Assembly (NCBI GenBank): GCA_030753015.1
Contig: JASMDC010000021.1
Span: forward strand, 1 to 64,000
Origin: Candidatus Undinarchaeales archaeon
GTDB taxonomy: Archaea; SpSt-1190; JASMDC01
Length of the DNA stretch: 64,000 bases
Direction of reading: 5' to 3'
Made by a program: the position numbers and the translations under genes. Within the stretch, counting starts at the first letter, position 1; every line of letters begins with the position of its first letter. A model generated the notes under the pieces. That model was given only the letters and a program-made list of their open reading frames with translations. It was not told where the DNA came from and did not search any database. Below, piece by piece: positions 29,265 through 39,412 of the stretch.

Positions 29265-30248
29265 ATGTCATTATTAGACACGGTCGTGAACATCATGGCA
29301 TCAACGAACGCTCATTCCACGAAAGGGCTGCTGTCGCAGCTGGACGATGCGGTCACCAACTGGCTGGCCAAGGACGGGTACCTGGACACCACCAGCGTGA
29401 AGCGAGCGGTGGACCTGTCCAAGTTCGAGCTGCAGAAGGACATCGACACTGAGATGCAGCAGTACATCGATGACCACCGGCCCGAGCTGGAGCAGGACCT
29501 CACTGAGCGGGCCCAGGCCTATGCTTCCGGTGGTGGTTGCCCGGGCGCTGCGAAGATGCGTGCTCAAAAGGAGATCGTGTTCGAGGTGCGCCAGACCGTC
29601 CTCGAGGAGCGCGATCCTCCAAGCTACCAGGCCATCCACGAGCTGGAGCACGGCCACCTCGACTTCAAGCTCAGCCAGGACAAGGTGCCGTTGGGCTTCC
29701 TGGATAAGCTGCCCGATCTCGTGGGAAAGAACGTACACCGTCTGGGTGACGATGCCTACGCCACGGCCGACGCCCTCTCGCTGGAGCTACGGGACGAGCT
29801 TGACCTCGACAACGGCTTCGACGACTACTCCATGACCGTGGTAGCCAAGGCATGCGGTGCAAACCTCAAGAACCCCGCGGCCAAGATCTACGAGTCCACG
29901 ATCGTCATGAAGTTCGACCACAAGCTCGACGATACAGACCGCGACGCCTTTGAGGGACGTCTGAAGAGCGAGGGCTATGCTGCCTTCGAGCCCGAGGTGA
30001 CTCAGTACGCCAAGGGCTTCGCCCTCACCACGTCCTACGAGCTGGACAAGGGCGAGGTCATCCAGCACAAGGTCGTCAAGATGGGCGAGTTCAAGGGCCA
30101 GTACGAGCACACCGACCTCCTGGGCCTCTGTCCGAGCCTTTCCTGCGCCGGTGCGGGATACGATGCCCATGCTCCGCTCACCATGGAGGCCCCGCCGGCC
30201 TATGGCGCCGGGGACGGTCCGTGCGGCGGTTGTGGCGGCTGCGGCTGA
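29265..30248 (+). CDS. Hypothetical protein
   Basis: 327-aa acidic ORF with strong GC3 bias, ending in GPCGGCGGCG. Confidence 0.6.
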   Translation: MSLLDTVVNIMASTNAHSTKGLLSQLDDAVTNWLAKDGYLDTTSVKRAVDLSKFELQKDIDTEMQQYIDDHRPELEQDLTERAQAYASGGGCPGAAKMRAQKEIVFEVRQTVLEERDPPSYQAIHELEHGHLDFKLSQDKVPLGFLDKLPDLVGKNVHRLGDDAYATADALSLELRDELDLDNGFDDYSMTVVAKACGANLKNPAAKIYESTIVMKFDHKLDDTDRDAFEGRLKSEGYAAFEPEVTQYAKGFALTTSYELDKGEVIQHKVVKMGEFKGQYEHTDLLGLCPSLSCAGAGYDAHAPLTMEAPPAYGAGDGPCGGCGGCG

Positions 30249-30387
30249 TCCGCGTCCGAAGGAACGCACGTACCTCGTACACGCAGGTCCATCGCGATAT
30301 CCCTAGACGTTAGGCTCAGGAAGAAGAAGGGCAGGACCGAAGACCACGTACGATCTTCGACCCAACAACTCTGATGATTATCTGGTC

Positions 30388-30564
30388 TTACTCGGGCTCG
30401 GAGATGGCGTCCACGGGACAGGAGTCGATGCAGGCAAGGCAGTCGATGCATGTCTCCGGGTTAACAACGGCCTTGTCATCGTTCATCTCAAGGGCCTCGC
30501 TGGGGCACGTGCCCACACAGGAGCCGCACCCGATGCACTCTTCCTCGTCGATCTTAACAGCCAT
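30388..30564 (-). CDS. fdx: 2[4Fe-4S] ferredoxin (58 aa; below the ORF-track cutoff)
   Basis: Hand translation MAVKIDEEECIGCGSCVGTCPSEALEMNDDKAVVNPETCIDCLACIDSCPVDAISEPE contains two CxxCxxCxxxCP motifs. Confidence 0.95.
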   Translation of the reverse strand: MAVKIDEEECIGCGSCVGTCPSEALEMNDDKAVVNPETCIDCLACIDSCPVDAISEPE

Positions 30565-30626
30565 GATGATTACCTGCGGGTGTCGACGGGAGAGCAGGTT
30601 AAAAACGTTTGCTTTGGCACGCCTCC

Positions 30627-30658
30627 ATAGGAAACCCTAAAAAGTTAGGTGACCCCAA
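30627..30658. promoter_or_regulatory. Two tandem DtxR/MntR-type operator boxes
   Basis: ATAGG-AAAC-CCTAA (30627-30640) and TTAGG-TGAC-CCCAA (30645-30658) match TTAGG-N4-CCTAA; directly upstream of the feoAB-dtxR operon. Confidence 0.7.
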
Positions 30659-30667
30659 GCAGACCTG

Positions 30668-32848
30668 ATGGGATTGTCGCTCGTCGAGCTCAGTGCGGGG
30701 CGGAGCGGTACCGTCGAGTCCATCGACGGCCGTAGCAACCTCGCACGGTGGCTCGATGAAAAGGGCGTCCGCAAGGGTACCCTCGTCAAGGTGGTCTCCG
30801 TGCCCTCCGACAGCGGGCCCATGACCGTCGAAGTGGACGGGAAGGAGGTCGAGCTGGGACGGGGGATGGCCGACAAGGTCATCGTGAGTACATCCCCCCG
30901 GCGCCTGGTGCTGGTGGGCAATCCCAACGTGGGCAAGAGCGTCATATTCTCCCATCTTACCGGCCAGTACGCAGTGGCCTCCAACTACCCCGGCACCACC
31001 GTGGAGATGCTGTGCGGTAACGGCACCATCGGTGGAGAGGAGTTCGAGGTGATGGATACCCCGGGCACCAACAGCCTCGTGCCCATGAGCGAGGACGAGG
31101 CGGTCACCCGTGACATCCTCCTCGAGGGCGCTGATATCGTCCTCCAGGTGGTCGACGCCAAGAACCTCCGCCGGTCGCTGGTCCTCACCCTCCAGCTCCT
31201 CTCCATGCGACAGCCGGTGGTGCTCGCACTCAACATGTGGGACGAAGCGCTGGCAAAGGGAGTCTCGATCGACACCGAGCGCCTATCCCAACTGCTGGGC
31301 ATCCCGGTAGTCATCACCGTTGCCCCGGAGAGCAAGGGCATCTTCACGCTCCGCCGCCGTCTCGCAGAAGTGGCCGCGAGCGACGTGCTGCCCCCGACGC
31401 CCGACATCTACCGGGGCGCTGCCGGCAAGGCCGTGGAGGAACTGTCCGAGCTCCTGAGCAGTCCCCAGGAGGCCGTCATGGCGCTCTCCGGTGACGCCAC
31501 CCTCAACGAGCATCTCAGGAAGGTCCACGGGAAGGATACCATGCTCCAGTTGAAGAATGTGCGTGCGCGGCTCGAGGAGGAGTACACGCGACCGCTCGCC
31601 CAGGTGTTCGATACCTCTCTCCAGAGGAAGGTGTCCGCCGTCCACGACCAGGTCTACCGCCAGGAGCTCCCTTCGACCACGAGCGTTGAGGAGCAGTTCT
31701 CTCAGCTGACCTTCTCCCCGGTCACCGCCATCCCCATCCTGCTCGCGGTGATGTTCCTGGTCTATCAGTTCGTCGGGATAGTGGGTGCGGGTTTCTTGGT
31801 GGACTTCCTCGAGACCGATGTGTTCGACGCTCATATCATCCCCTGGCTCCAGAACACTGCATTGTTGTTCGTCCCGGAGACGAACATCGTGTACGACTTC
31901 TTCCTTGGTGATTTCGGCATCATCAGCATGGGCCTTACCTATGCCATCGCCATCGTGCTCCCCATCGTCGGCACGTTCTTCATCACCTTTGGCATCCTGG
32001 AGGATTCGGGCTACCTCCCACGGCTCACCATCATGGTGAACCGCGTGTTCCGCGAGATAGGGCTGTCGGGCAAGGCCATCCTGCCTATCGTGCTCGGGTT
32101 CGGGTGCGGGACCATGGCCGTGCTAACCGCACGCATCCTCGAGACGCGGAAGGAGCGGCTCATCGCAACCCTGCTCATCGCCCTGGCCATCCCCTGCTCC
32201 GCCCAGCTGGGTGTGATGATGGGGCTGCTCGCCGGGCTCTCAACGGCCGCCTTGACCGTGGCCTTCGTGACCGTGCTCCTTCAGCTGATCATCGTCGGCC
32301 GGCTCGCCGCCATCGTCATCCCCGGCGAGGACTCGGACTTCATCATGGAGCTACCGCCCATCCGCCGGCCGTTCCTCCGCAACATCGCCCTGAAAACCTG
32401 GATGCGTACCAAGTGGTTCCTCATGGAGGCCATCCCCCTCTTCATCCTCGGGACGGCCCTCCTCTTCGTGCTTCACCATACCGGAGGGCTCGAGATCCTC
32501 GAGAACGCCCTCCAGCCCGTGGTGAGCTCCATGCTCGGGCTGCCCAAGGAGACCGCCCGGTTCTTCCTCATGGGCTTCATCCGCCGGGACTACGGGGCCG
32601 CAGGCTTCCTGGACATGGCCCGTACCATCGATCCTGTCACCGGCCTGTCCCTCCTCTCCAACAACCAGATCGTGGTGGCCATCGTCACCCTGAACCTCTT
32701 CGTCCCGTGCATCGCCGCCTTCTTCGTCATCCTCAAGGAGCAGGGGCGGTGGATCGGTCTTGCGATATTCGCGTTCGTCATAATCTACTCGGTGCTCGTG
32801 GGCTCTGTGCTCAACGCGCTGCTGACCCTTACGGGGGTGAGCCTCTAG
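30668..32848 (+). CDS. feoB: FeoA-FeoB fusion ferrous iron transporter
   Basis: N-terminal FeoA SH3-like domain; GNPNVGKS, NYPGTTVE, DTPG, LEDSGYLPR, GFGC, IPCSAQ and FIMELP motifs. Confidence 0.96.
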   Translation: MGLSLVELSAGRSGTVESIDGRSNLARWLDEKGVRKGTLVKVVSVPSDSGPMTVEVDGKEVELGRGMADKVIVSTSPRRLVLVGNPNVGKSVIFSHLTGQYAVASNYPGTTVEMLCGNGTIGGEEFEVMDTPGTNSLVPMSEDEAVTRDILLEGADIVLQVVDAKNLRRSLVLTLQLLSMRQPVVLALNMWDEALAKGVSIDTERLSQLLGIPVVITVAPESKGIFTLRRRLAEVAASDVLPPTPDIYRGAAGKAVEELSELLSSPQEAVMALSGDATLNEHLRKVHGKDTMLQLKNVRARLEEEYTRPLAQVFDTSLQRKVSAVHDQVYRQELPSTTSVEEQFSQLTFSPVTAIPILLAVMFLVYQFVGIVGAGFLVDFLETDVFDAHIIPWLQNTALLFVPETNIVYDFFLGDFGIISMGLTYAIAIVLPIVGTFFITFGILEDSGYLPRLTIMVNRVFREIGLSGKAILPIVLGFGCGTMAVLTARILETRKERLIATLLIALAIPCSAQLGVMMGLLAGLSTAALTVAFVTVLLQLIIVGRLAAIVIPGEDSDFIMELPPIRRPFLRNIALKTWMRTKWFLMEAIPLFILGTALLFVLHHTGGLEILENALQPVVSSMLGLPKETARFFLMGFIRRDYGAAGFLDMARTIDPVTGLSLLSNNQIVVAIVTLNLFVPCIAAFFVILKEQGRWIGLAIFAFVIIYSVLVGSVLNALLTLTGVSL

Positions 32849-32882
32849 CCCGGGCAAGTACCGGTGAACGGGGGATACTACC

Positions 32883-33527
32883 ATGATCGAACAACTGGAG
32901 GAGGTGCTCGAGCACCTATGGATCAAGAAGGACAAGGGGGCCGAGGTCAAGATGAAGAGCGTGAGGGACGAGGACCTGAGCGCTCTCATGGACCAGGGCC
33001 TGGCCGAGGTCGTCAACGACCGCGTGGTCCTCACGACCAAGGGCGATGAGGGCGGCCGGGGCATCGTGCGCCGGCACCGGCTCGCCGAGCGGCTGCTCCA
33101 CGACGTACTGGAGATGAACGACACGGAGATCCATGACCAGGCGTGCAGGTTCGAGCACATCCTCTCCCCCGGCGTCGAGGAGAACATCTGCACGCTCCTG
33201 GGCCATCCGAAGGTATGCCCCCACGGCACGCCCATCCCCCCAGGACCCTGCTGCGAGGAACGGCGCATCAAGGCCAAGAGCATCGTGGTCCCGCTCACCG
33301 ATCTAGGGGTCGGCGAGAAGGGGATCGTGTCCTACCTCCACACCAAGCGTCATCCCCGACTCCACAAGCTCATGTCCTTCGGTATCGTGCCGGGGCTTAC
33401 GATACACGTGCACCGGACGTCGCCCTCCCTGGTCATCCAGGTAGGGGAGACGACCATTGCCCTCGAGAGGGGGATAGGTGAGGATATCTTCGTTAGGAGG
33501 AAGGGAAGGAAGACAGGGGAGGAATGA
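32883..33527 (+). CDS. DtxR-family metal-dependent regulator with C-terminal FeoA domain (shortened HTH)
   Basis: RRHRLAERLL...ACRFEH...LGHPKVCPHGTPIP followed by a FeoA-like tail. Confidence 0.88.
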   Translation: MIEQLEEVLEHLWIKKDKGAEVKMKSVRDEDLSALMDQGLAEVVNDRVVLTTKGDEGGRGIVRRHRLAERLLHDVLEMNDTEIHDQACRFEHILSPGVEENICTLLGHPKVCPHGTPIPPGPCCEERRIKAKSIVVPLTDLGVGEKGIVSYLHTKRHPRLHKLMSFGIVPGLTIHVHRTSPSLVIQVGETTIALERGIGEDIFVRRKGRKTGEE

Positions 33528-33531
33528 TCGT

Positions 33532-33990
33532 ATGCGGAAACAGACCAAGGAAGACTACATCGAGGCGATATTCGTGCTGGAGAAGCAGGACGGGCGTGCC
33601 CGGACCGGCAAGCTCGCCGTGCGCCTTGGGGTCAAACCCCCCTCCATCACCGAGATGCTCGGCAAGCTCAAGGACGAGGAGCTGGTCAACTACCAGAGCT
33701 ACGCGGGGGTCACTCTGACACCCAAGGGGATGAAGCTTGCAAAGAAGTGCATGCACCGGCACCGGCTGCTCGCGGCCCTCTTCGAGATGATCGGTGTGGA
33801 GGAGGAGCAGGCAGAGGTGGACGCCGCCCAGGTCGGGCACCACATCTCTCCTGCCACCACGGCACAGTTGGAGAAGCTATTGCAGTTCGTGCAGGCGAAT
33901 CCGAACGATCCCCCGTGGATCGACTGCTTCCGGTACTACTGCGAGACGGGGGAGCGCGTGCACTGCCCGGGTCTCAAGGGGAAAGGCTGA
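33532..33990 (+). CDS. DtxR/MntR-family metal-dependent regulator
   Basis: EDYIEAI...LGVKPPSITEML...LTPKG...HRHRLL. Confidence 0.9.
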   Translation: MRKQTKEDYIEAIFVLEKQDGRARTGKLAVRLGVKPPSITEMLGKLKDEELVNYQSYAGVTLTPKGMKLAKKCMHRHRLLAALFEMIGVEEEQAEVDAAQVGHHISPATTAQLEKLLQFVQANPNDPPWIDCFRYYCETGERVHCPGLKGKG

Positions 33991-34087
33991 GCTTTGTTCC
34001 TGACGAATAGAACCCGTTATGGAGGCCGTTTTTCAAAACCTACTTAAATCGTCCTTTCCTCCAACTTCTCTAGTAGAAGGAAGGGGA

Positions 34088-37000
34088 ATGCACATGAGGC
34101 GGAAATCACTACTGTTTGTGCTCGTATTATTCACCGGTCTGGCGCTCAGCGCAGCCATCTGCGGTGACTGTGTCTGCCAAGAACCCGAAGATACGACCGA
34201 GTGCCCGCACGAGTGCGGCTCGAAATGCAACAGGGACAGCACTTGTCAGAAAGAGCTGTGTGAGGATTCTAATACCTGCCCCAATGACTGTCCGGACGGC
34301 GGCGGATGCCTTCCGGGTAAGGATTGCAGGAGCGATCCCGCGTGCGAATGCACCGACCCGGCATTCCCAATTTGCGACCCTGGCCATCCCGCCGCGAATA
34401 CCTGGGGCTGCGTGCCCGATGGTGGCGGAGGGGAGTGTAGCTGTCAGGACGGCCCTACCTGCCCCTGTGACCGACCCGATGCTCCAATGTGCGACCCGGA
34501 TATGTCTTCAGCAGACGAACGGGGCTGCTGGGGCTGCATGAACCCGGACCAGTGCGAGGACGACGATCCATGCACCGAGAACTTTTGCGACACCGGCGCC
34601 TTCAAGTGCCAGTTCACTAAATTAATGGACGGCCCCAGCGAGGACGGGAAGGGTAGGTGCTGTGACAACAATTACTACCCGGGCGGAGAGTGCTGCGCTG
34701 CCGCTGACTGCCCCAACGGCCAGTGCGATATGGAAACGCGCAAGTGCATCGTGGAGGAGCAGAAGTGCAGCGACGGCACGCTGGTCGATAAGTGCGTAGA
34801 CGGCCGACCGCCCAGTTACTGCGATCGCCAGTTGTCCATCGTGGAGATGCCCAGCAAGTGCGGCTGCCCTGAAGGGCACGGAGATTGTGACAGCTCCGAC
34901 ACTACGGGCTGCGAGACCGAGCTTTACAAGGACAAGTACAACTGCGGCGGGTGCGGGAGGAAGTGCGACGCCAACGAGTTCGACATCTGCGAGAACAGCG
35001 AGTGCAAGACTCCCACGTGCGACGACGGTACAGCGTTTGGCAGCTGCACAAAGACACCACCCGCTTACTGCAACGCCGACGGGAGCATCTCCACTGACCC
35101 AGAGACGTGCCCCTGCACTGATGGCTACGAGCTCGTGGGGAAGGAGTGCGTGAAGCCCAAGACCGCGTGCGACGATGGTACCCCCTTTGGTGAATGCTCG
35201 ACTGTCACTGCATTAACGTTCTGTGCCGATGATGGGACCCTCATCCCGGACGCCGGGAAATGCCCATGCCCGGACGGGACCAAGCTATCAGGTACCCAGT
35301 GCGTCAAGGAGACCACTACAGGGGGCGGGACCGGGGATGGGACGACCGTGTGCGACATGGACAAGCATTGCGAGGATTCTATGGGGGAGAACTGCGGGAC
35401 CTGCCCCATCGACTGTCCCTGCTCGGATGCCGATCCATGTACCCTCGACACGTGTTCGGGCGGCCAGTGCGCGTTCACCGCCGATAGTTCCAAGTACGGG
35501 AACAAGGTCACGATCAGCAGAACCCCCGCTATCTGCTGCGAGAACGGGCATATCAAGTATGGCGAGTGCTGCGACGACGACCAGTGCAACGATGGTTACG
35601 AGTGCATCAACAACAAGTGCGAACAGAAAGCGACCTCTGTTGTCAGCACAACTCCCGCTCCGGAGTGCATGGCCGCCACCCAGTGCACGGAAGCGACATA
35701 CGGTACCTGCACACTCACCACGTGCAAGGACGGTAACTGCCAGTACAACAAGGACTGTTCCGCCTGCGGCGAGGGGACCTCTTACTGGTGCAGATACTGT
35801 GCGACCTTTGGCGAGCCCGGCTGGTGCAAGTACTGCAGGGGCGATGGGCAGTGCTGCGTATCGGAGGACTGCCCTGACGATGGGAACGAGTATGACTGTT
35901 TCCAGAACAAGTGTCGCGAGAAGACCGGGGGGCAGGTCACGGTCACTCCTATACCCGCGGAACCCACTTTGATTCCACCGATCGGGACCGGACACGAGGA
36001 GTTCTTCAGCCTCGGTATGGACGATCCGGTGGTATTCTGTGAATACAAGATCATCTATTCGGGGCTCGCAGAGGGCGACATTGGTTTCTTCGAGATCATC
36101 ACTCCCGATGGTCAGACCGAGAGCATCACGCTCAACTACAACGATGCGAGCGGAGTGACGGAGGCGTCCGTGGGCGCGCTCACGCTGCAGGTCCAGAAGG
36201 ACATGGCGCTCTCTGATTACCTTGCCGAGATCCGGATTATCAAGACCGGGGACTGCCCCGAGGTTACAGAGGAACCTCCTGCGGAAGTAACGTACGAGGA
36301 CAAGGTGAAGCTCTTCAAGGACGAGACCTTCGAGCTCTGTGGATACAAGCTGATCCTCTTTGACATCGACACGCTCGGGACAGCCTCGATCGAGGTCGTC
36401 ACCCCAGACGGCAGCACCGATACCTTCTCAGGCAACTACATCGAGGCCCTCCTCGACGGGAAGGAGATCTCAGGCTCCTATGATGATCTCACCGTGCTCA
36501 TAAACGATGACACATGGGCCTCCGGCGACACCGCCGAGGTCGTGCTCACGTTGGATGGCGATTGTCCCGGTGAACCGACCGAGACGCCTGACGAGTCCGG
36601 CCCGAAGGATGAGCCCACGCTCACCATATTCTGTCGCGAGCTCTCCGTTCGTGGCGGGGATGCTGTGAGCTTACCCTGCCGGTTCGAGGTCGAGGGCACG
36701 CTCCCGGATGTGGAGGTCGAAGTGGGTACTGAAGAGGGTATCAGCTCCGAACCCTCCATGTTCTCGCTCGGCGAGTTCCCTTGGTACGACGAGGACGAAC
36801 AGGAGGAGTCCGGTGTCAGGACCGTTGATCTCATCATCTCAGCGGACCACACCTGCGAGGAGTGGTCCACCTCGGTCAGCCTCACAGGAAGATATCTCTT
36901 CGAGGAAGAGGAGCGAGCGGTCGATGGCGGTACCGCTATGACCATCCTTCCCGCAGAGGACTGCTTCAAGTGCGGCGACGCCCAGTGCGAGATGGGCGAG

Positions 37001-39406
37001 GACTTCAAGACATGCTGCAATGATTGCCCCTGCCCTGAACAATATTCGTGCCAGGACAACTCGTGCATACTCGAGGTCAAGCTCAGTGAACCCGGAGATT
37101 CCTGTAGCTCGAACGAGAAGTGCACGACAGGCAACTGCCAGAACGCAGTGTGCTGTGCCGACGGCGAGAAGTGCTGCGAGTCCGACGCCCACTGCGGCCG
37201 CACGGAGACGTGCGACACGGGACGGTTCTACTGTGTCCCCGCCGGACCCGCCCCAGGCCCTGCGGGCGGGAAGCCCGACGGCACTCCCTGCTTCAAGCCG
37301 GACGAGTGTGGCAGTGGCAACTGCCAGAACATGCGCTGCTGCGAGGCGGGACGGGGCTGTTGCGCGTTCGACGACCAGTGCGGCGATAACGAGATGTGCG
37401 ACCAGGGGCCCGCGCTCTGCGTGCCCGTGGAGCTCAATGAGGAGGACAAGGAGCAGATACAGCAGGAGATGCTCCAGCTCCAGACGGATGTTGCCGAGAC
37501 GTCCCAGAATTTCGTGGAGCTTTCCGATGCCATGGACCAGAAGTACGAGGAGAACAAGGAGGTCATCGAGAAGCTCGGCGGCGAGGAGCGCATCCAGCGG
37601 GAGATCGAACGCATCGACCGGTTACTGGAGGAGCTGAGGGTGCTGGAATCTGACCTTGACGCAAATCCCGGCAAGGCCATGAAGACCATGAAGAAGCTGG
37701 AGCGGACCATGGAGCGGGCCAAGGACAAGGTCACCGTGGACGTTAATCCCTTGCATGACATCGAGGAGCGGGAGGCCGAGGTCCACGAGGAGAAAATCGA
37801 TCACGTGCTCGCGCAGGCCTTGACACCCACAGAGGATTCGCCTCCGCCGCCGGAGACGGTCGAATCGGTCAGGGAGTCGGCCAGGCGGCTGCGGGAGACG
37901 GTGAAGCAGCGCGTAAAAGCGGAGGTCATCGAGGCCACCTATCAGTCCGGTGCGAAGCGTATGCGCACCGTCGTGACCCGGACAATCGAGAACACCGCCG
38001 CCGAGGCCGTGGAGGGCGCCGTGCTCATCATGGAGATCCCCAAGAGCGCGGCCGCGTCAGCGCTCGAGCTGCATTACACCTGCCAGCGCACGTCCGGACA
38101 ACCATGCCCCGTGCCCAGGGTGCTGCGCGACGACCCTCTCGTGGCCTGGGACCTCTCCGCGCTCGAGCCGGGGGAGAGCGTGACCACATCCTACACCGCC
38201 GATGGTGAGATCGGCGAGGAAGAGGTACAGGCCAGCACCACCGTTGTGGCCACCGATGTCGACCTAGGCGCGTACCACACGGTGGACGAGGAGCGCGATG
38301 CCCTGCAGAGCGAGGAGATCCAGATGGAGCTCCGGGCCGCGATCGAGGAGGCCGGAGGTATCGAGGACGAGGGCATGCGCCAGCGCATCGAGGTACTGAC
38401 CATGGAGACGCAGGCCAGCCTCGAGGCCGAGGACCTGGTGGACGCGCACACAGCCGTGGCGCGCATCAAGACCGAGCTGGAGTCCGCCAAGCAACCGCCC
38501 CCGGGAGTAGAACAACCACCGATCGATAAGCCAGAGCCTACCGCCACGGCCAAAGATGATAAGGGCGAGGGCCTGCTGTTCGGCATCATCCCCACCGACA
38601 AGGACGGCCTCGTCAAGTTCGTCAAGGAGTACTGGGAGATCGTGGCCGCCTTCATCGGCTCCCTGAGCATCATCGCGTACTACCTCAAGGTGCTCAAGCG
38701 CAAGACCATCGGCGAGGAGGCGGTCGTGATCCGGCGCGGCAAGACCATGGAGGGCAACGCCGTGAAGCTGGGCATCAAGGTGAAGAACGACTCCACCTTC
38801 AAGATCACCGAGGTGAAGGTCACCATCGACTATCCAAAGGCCTTCAAGGTGCAGGGAGGTTCGCCCACTGTTGAGCTGGGCAACATCCGGCCTGACGAGT
38901 TCCAGAGCGCTATCTTCCACCTGGTCCCTACACGATGCGTGAAGGGCACCGTCACCGGGTACGCCACCTACGAGAACAACAAGGGACAGACCAAGGTCGT
39001 CCAGATCGATCCCGTGGACGTGGGGAGCGTGTGCCCCTTCCTCGAGCGTGTCCGTCTCACTCAGGATGAGTTCGCCAAGCGGCGGCAGTACCTGCAGAGC
39101 GGGACCAAGAGCATGAGCATCCGGACAGATCCCACACAGATCTTCCAAGTGATCAAGAACCGGTTCAACAACATACACACCGTTCATGAGGAAGTGGCCC
39201 CTGACCGAACGAGCATGCTCGGAGAGTACGCAGGGCAGGGTGCATACAGTAAGGCCTTCATCGGCGCCAGTATCAAGGTCATCTACGGCGCCCAGGGCCA
39301 GGTCGAGCTCTCGGTGTACGGCGAGGACGAAGCGATGGTCACCGGTCTGCTGAGCGAGCTGGTGGAGCTCATCGAGAATGCGGAGGGCGGTGGCCAGCAG
39401 GTCTAG
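34088..39406 (+). CDS. Giant Cys-rich single-pass surface protein with a cytoplasmic beta-sandwich plus platform (appendage-like) domain
   Basis: Signal peptide; CGDxxC...CPxDC and CxDGT repeats; Ig-like segments; coiled coil; TM EIVAAFIGSLSIIAYYL followed by KVLKRK; ~230-aa C-terminal domain. Confidence 0.8.
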   Translation: MHMRRKSLLFVLVLFTGLALSAAICGDCVCQEPEDTTECPHECGSKCNRDSTCQKELCEDSNTCPNDCPDGGGCLPGKDCRSDPACECTDPAFPICDPGHPAANTWGCVPDGGGGECSCQDGPTCPCDRPDAPMCDPDMSSADERGCWGCMNPDQCEDDDPCTENFCDTGAFKCQFTKLMDGPSEDGKGRCCDNNYYPGGECCAAADCPNGQCDMETRKCIVEEQKCSDGTLVDKCVDGRPPSYCDRQLSIVEMPSKCGCPEGHGDCDSSDTTGCETELYKDKYNCGGCGRKCDANEFDICENSECKTPTCDDGTAFGSCTKTPPAYCNADGSISTDPETCPCTDGYELVGKECVKPKTACDDGTPFGECSTVTALTFCADDGTLIPDAGKCPCPDGTKLSGTQCVKETTTGGGTGDGTTVCDMDKHCEDSMGENCGTCPIDCPCSDADPCTLDTCSGGQCAFTADSSKYGNKVTISRTPAICCENGHIKYGECCDDDQCNDGYECINNKCEQKATSVVSTTPAPECMAATQCTEATYGTCTLTTCKDGNCQYNKDCSACGEGTSYWCRYCATFGEPGWCKYCRGDGQCCVSEDCPDDGNEYDCFQNKCREKTGGQVTVTPIPAEPTLIPPIGTGHEEFFSLGMDDPVVFCEYKIIYSGLAEGDIGFFEIITPDGQTESITLNYNDASGVTEASVGALTLQVQKDMALSDYLAEIRIIKTGDCPEVTEEPPAEVTYEDKVKLFKDETFELCGYKLILFDIDTLGTASIEVVTPDGSTDTFSGNYIEALLDGKEISGSYDDLTVLINDDTWASGDTAEVVLTLDGDCPGEPTETPDESGPKDEPTLTIFCRELSVRGGDAVSLPCRFEVEGTLPDVEVEVGTEEGISSEPSMFSLGEFPWYDEDEQEESGVRTVDLIISADHTCEEWSTSVSLTGRYLFEEEERAVDGGTAMTILPAEDCFKCGDAQCEMGEDFKTCCNDCPCPEQYSCQDNSCILEVKLSEPGDSCSSNEKCTTGNCQNAVCCADGEKCCESDAHCGRTETCDTGRFYCVPAGPAPGPAGGKPDGTPCFKPDECGSGNCQNMRCCEAGRGCCAFDDQCGDNEMCDQGPALCVPVELNEEDKEQIQQEMLQLQTDVAETSQNFVELSDAMDQKYEENKEVIEKLGGEERIQREIERIDRLLEELRVLESDLDANPGKAMKTMKKLERTMERAKDKVTVDVNPLHDIEEREAEVHEEKIDHVLAQALTPTEDSPPPPETVESVRESARRLRETVKQRVKAEVIEATYQSGAKRMRTVVTRTIENTAAEAVEGAVLIMEIPKSAAASALELHYTCQRTSGQPCPVPRVLRDDPLVAWDLSALEPGESVTTSYTADGEIGEEEVQASTTVVATDVDLGAYHTVDEERDALQSEEIQMELRAAIEEAGGIEDEGMRQRIEVLTMETQASLEAEDLVDAHTAVARIKTELESAKQPPPGVEQPPIDKPEPTATAKDDKGEGLLFGIIPTDKDGLVKFVKEYWEIVAAFIGSLSIIAYYLKVLKRKTIGEEAVVIRRGKTMEGNAVKLGIKVKNDSTFKITEVKVTIDYPKAFKVQGGSPTVELGNIRPDEFQSAIFHLVPTRCVKGTVTGYATYENNKGQTKVVQIDPVDVGSVCPFLERVRLTQDEFAKRRQYLQSGTKSMSIRTDPTQIFQVIKNRFNNIHTVHEEVAPDRTSMLGEYAGQGAYSKAFIGASIKVIYGAQGQVELSVYGEDEAMVTGLLSELVELIENAEGGGQQV

Positions 39407-39412
39407 AGCCCA

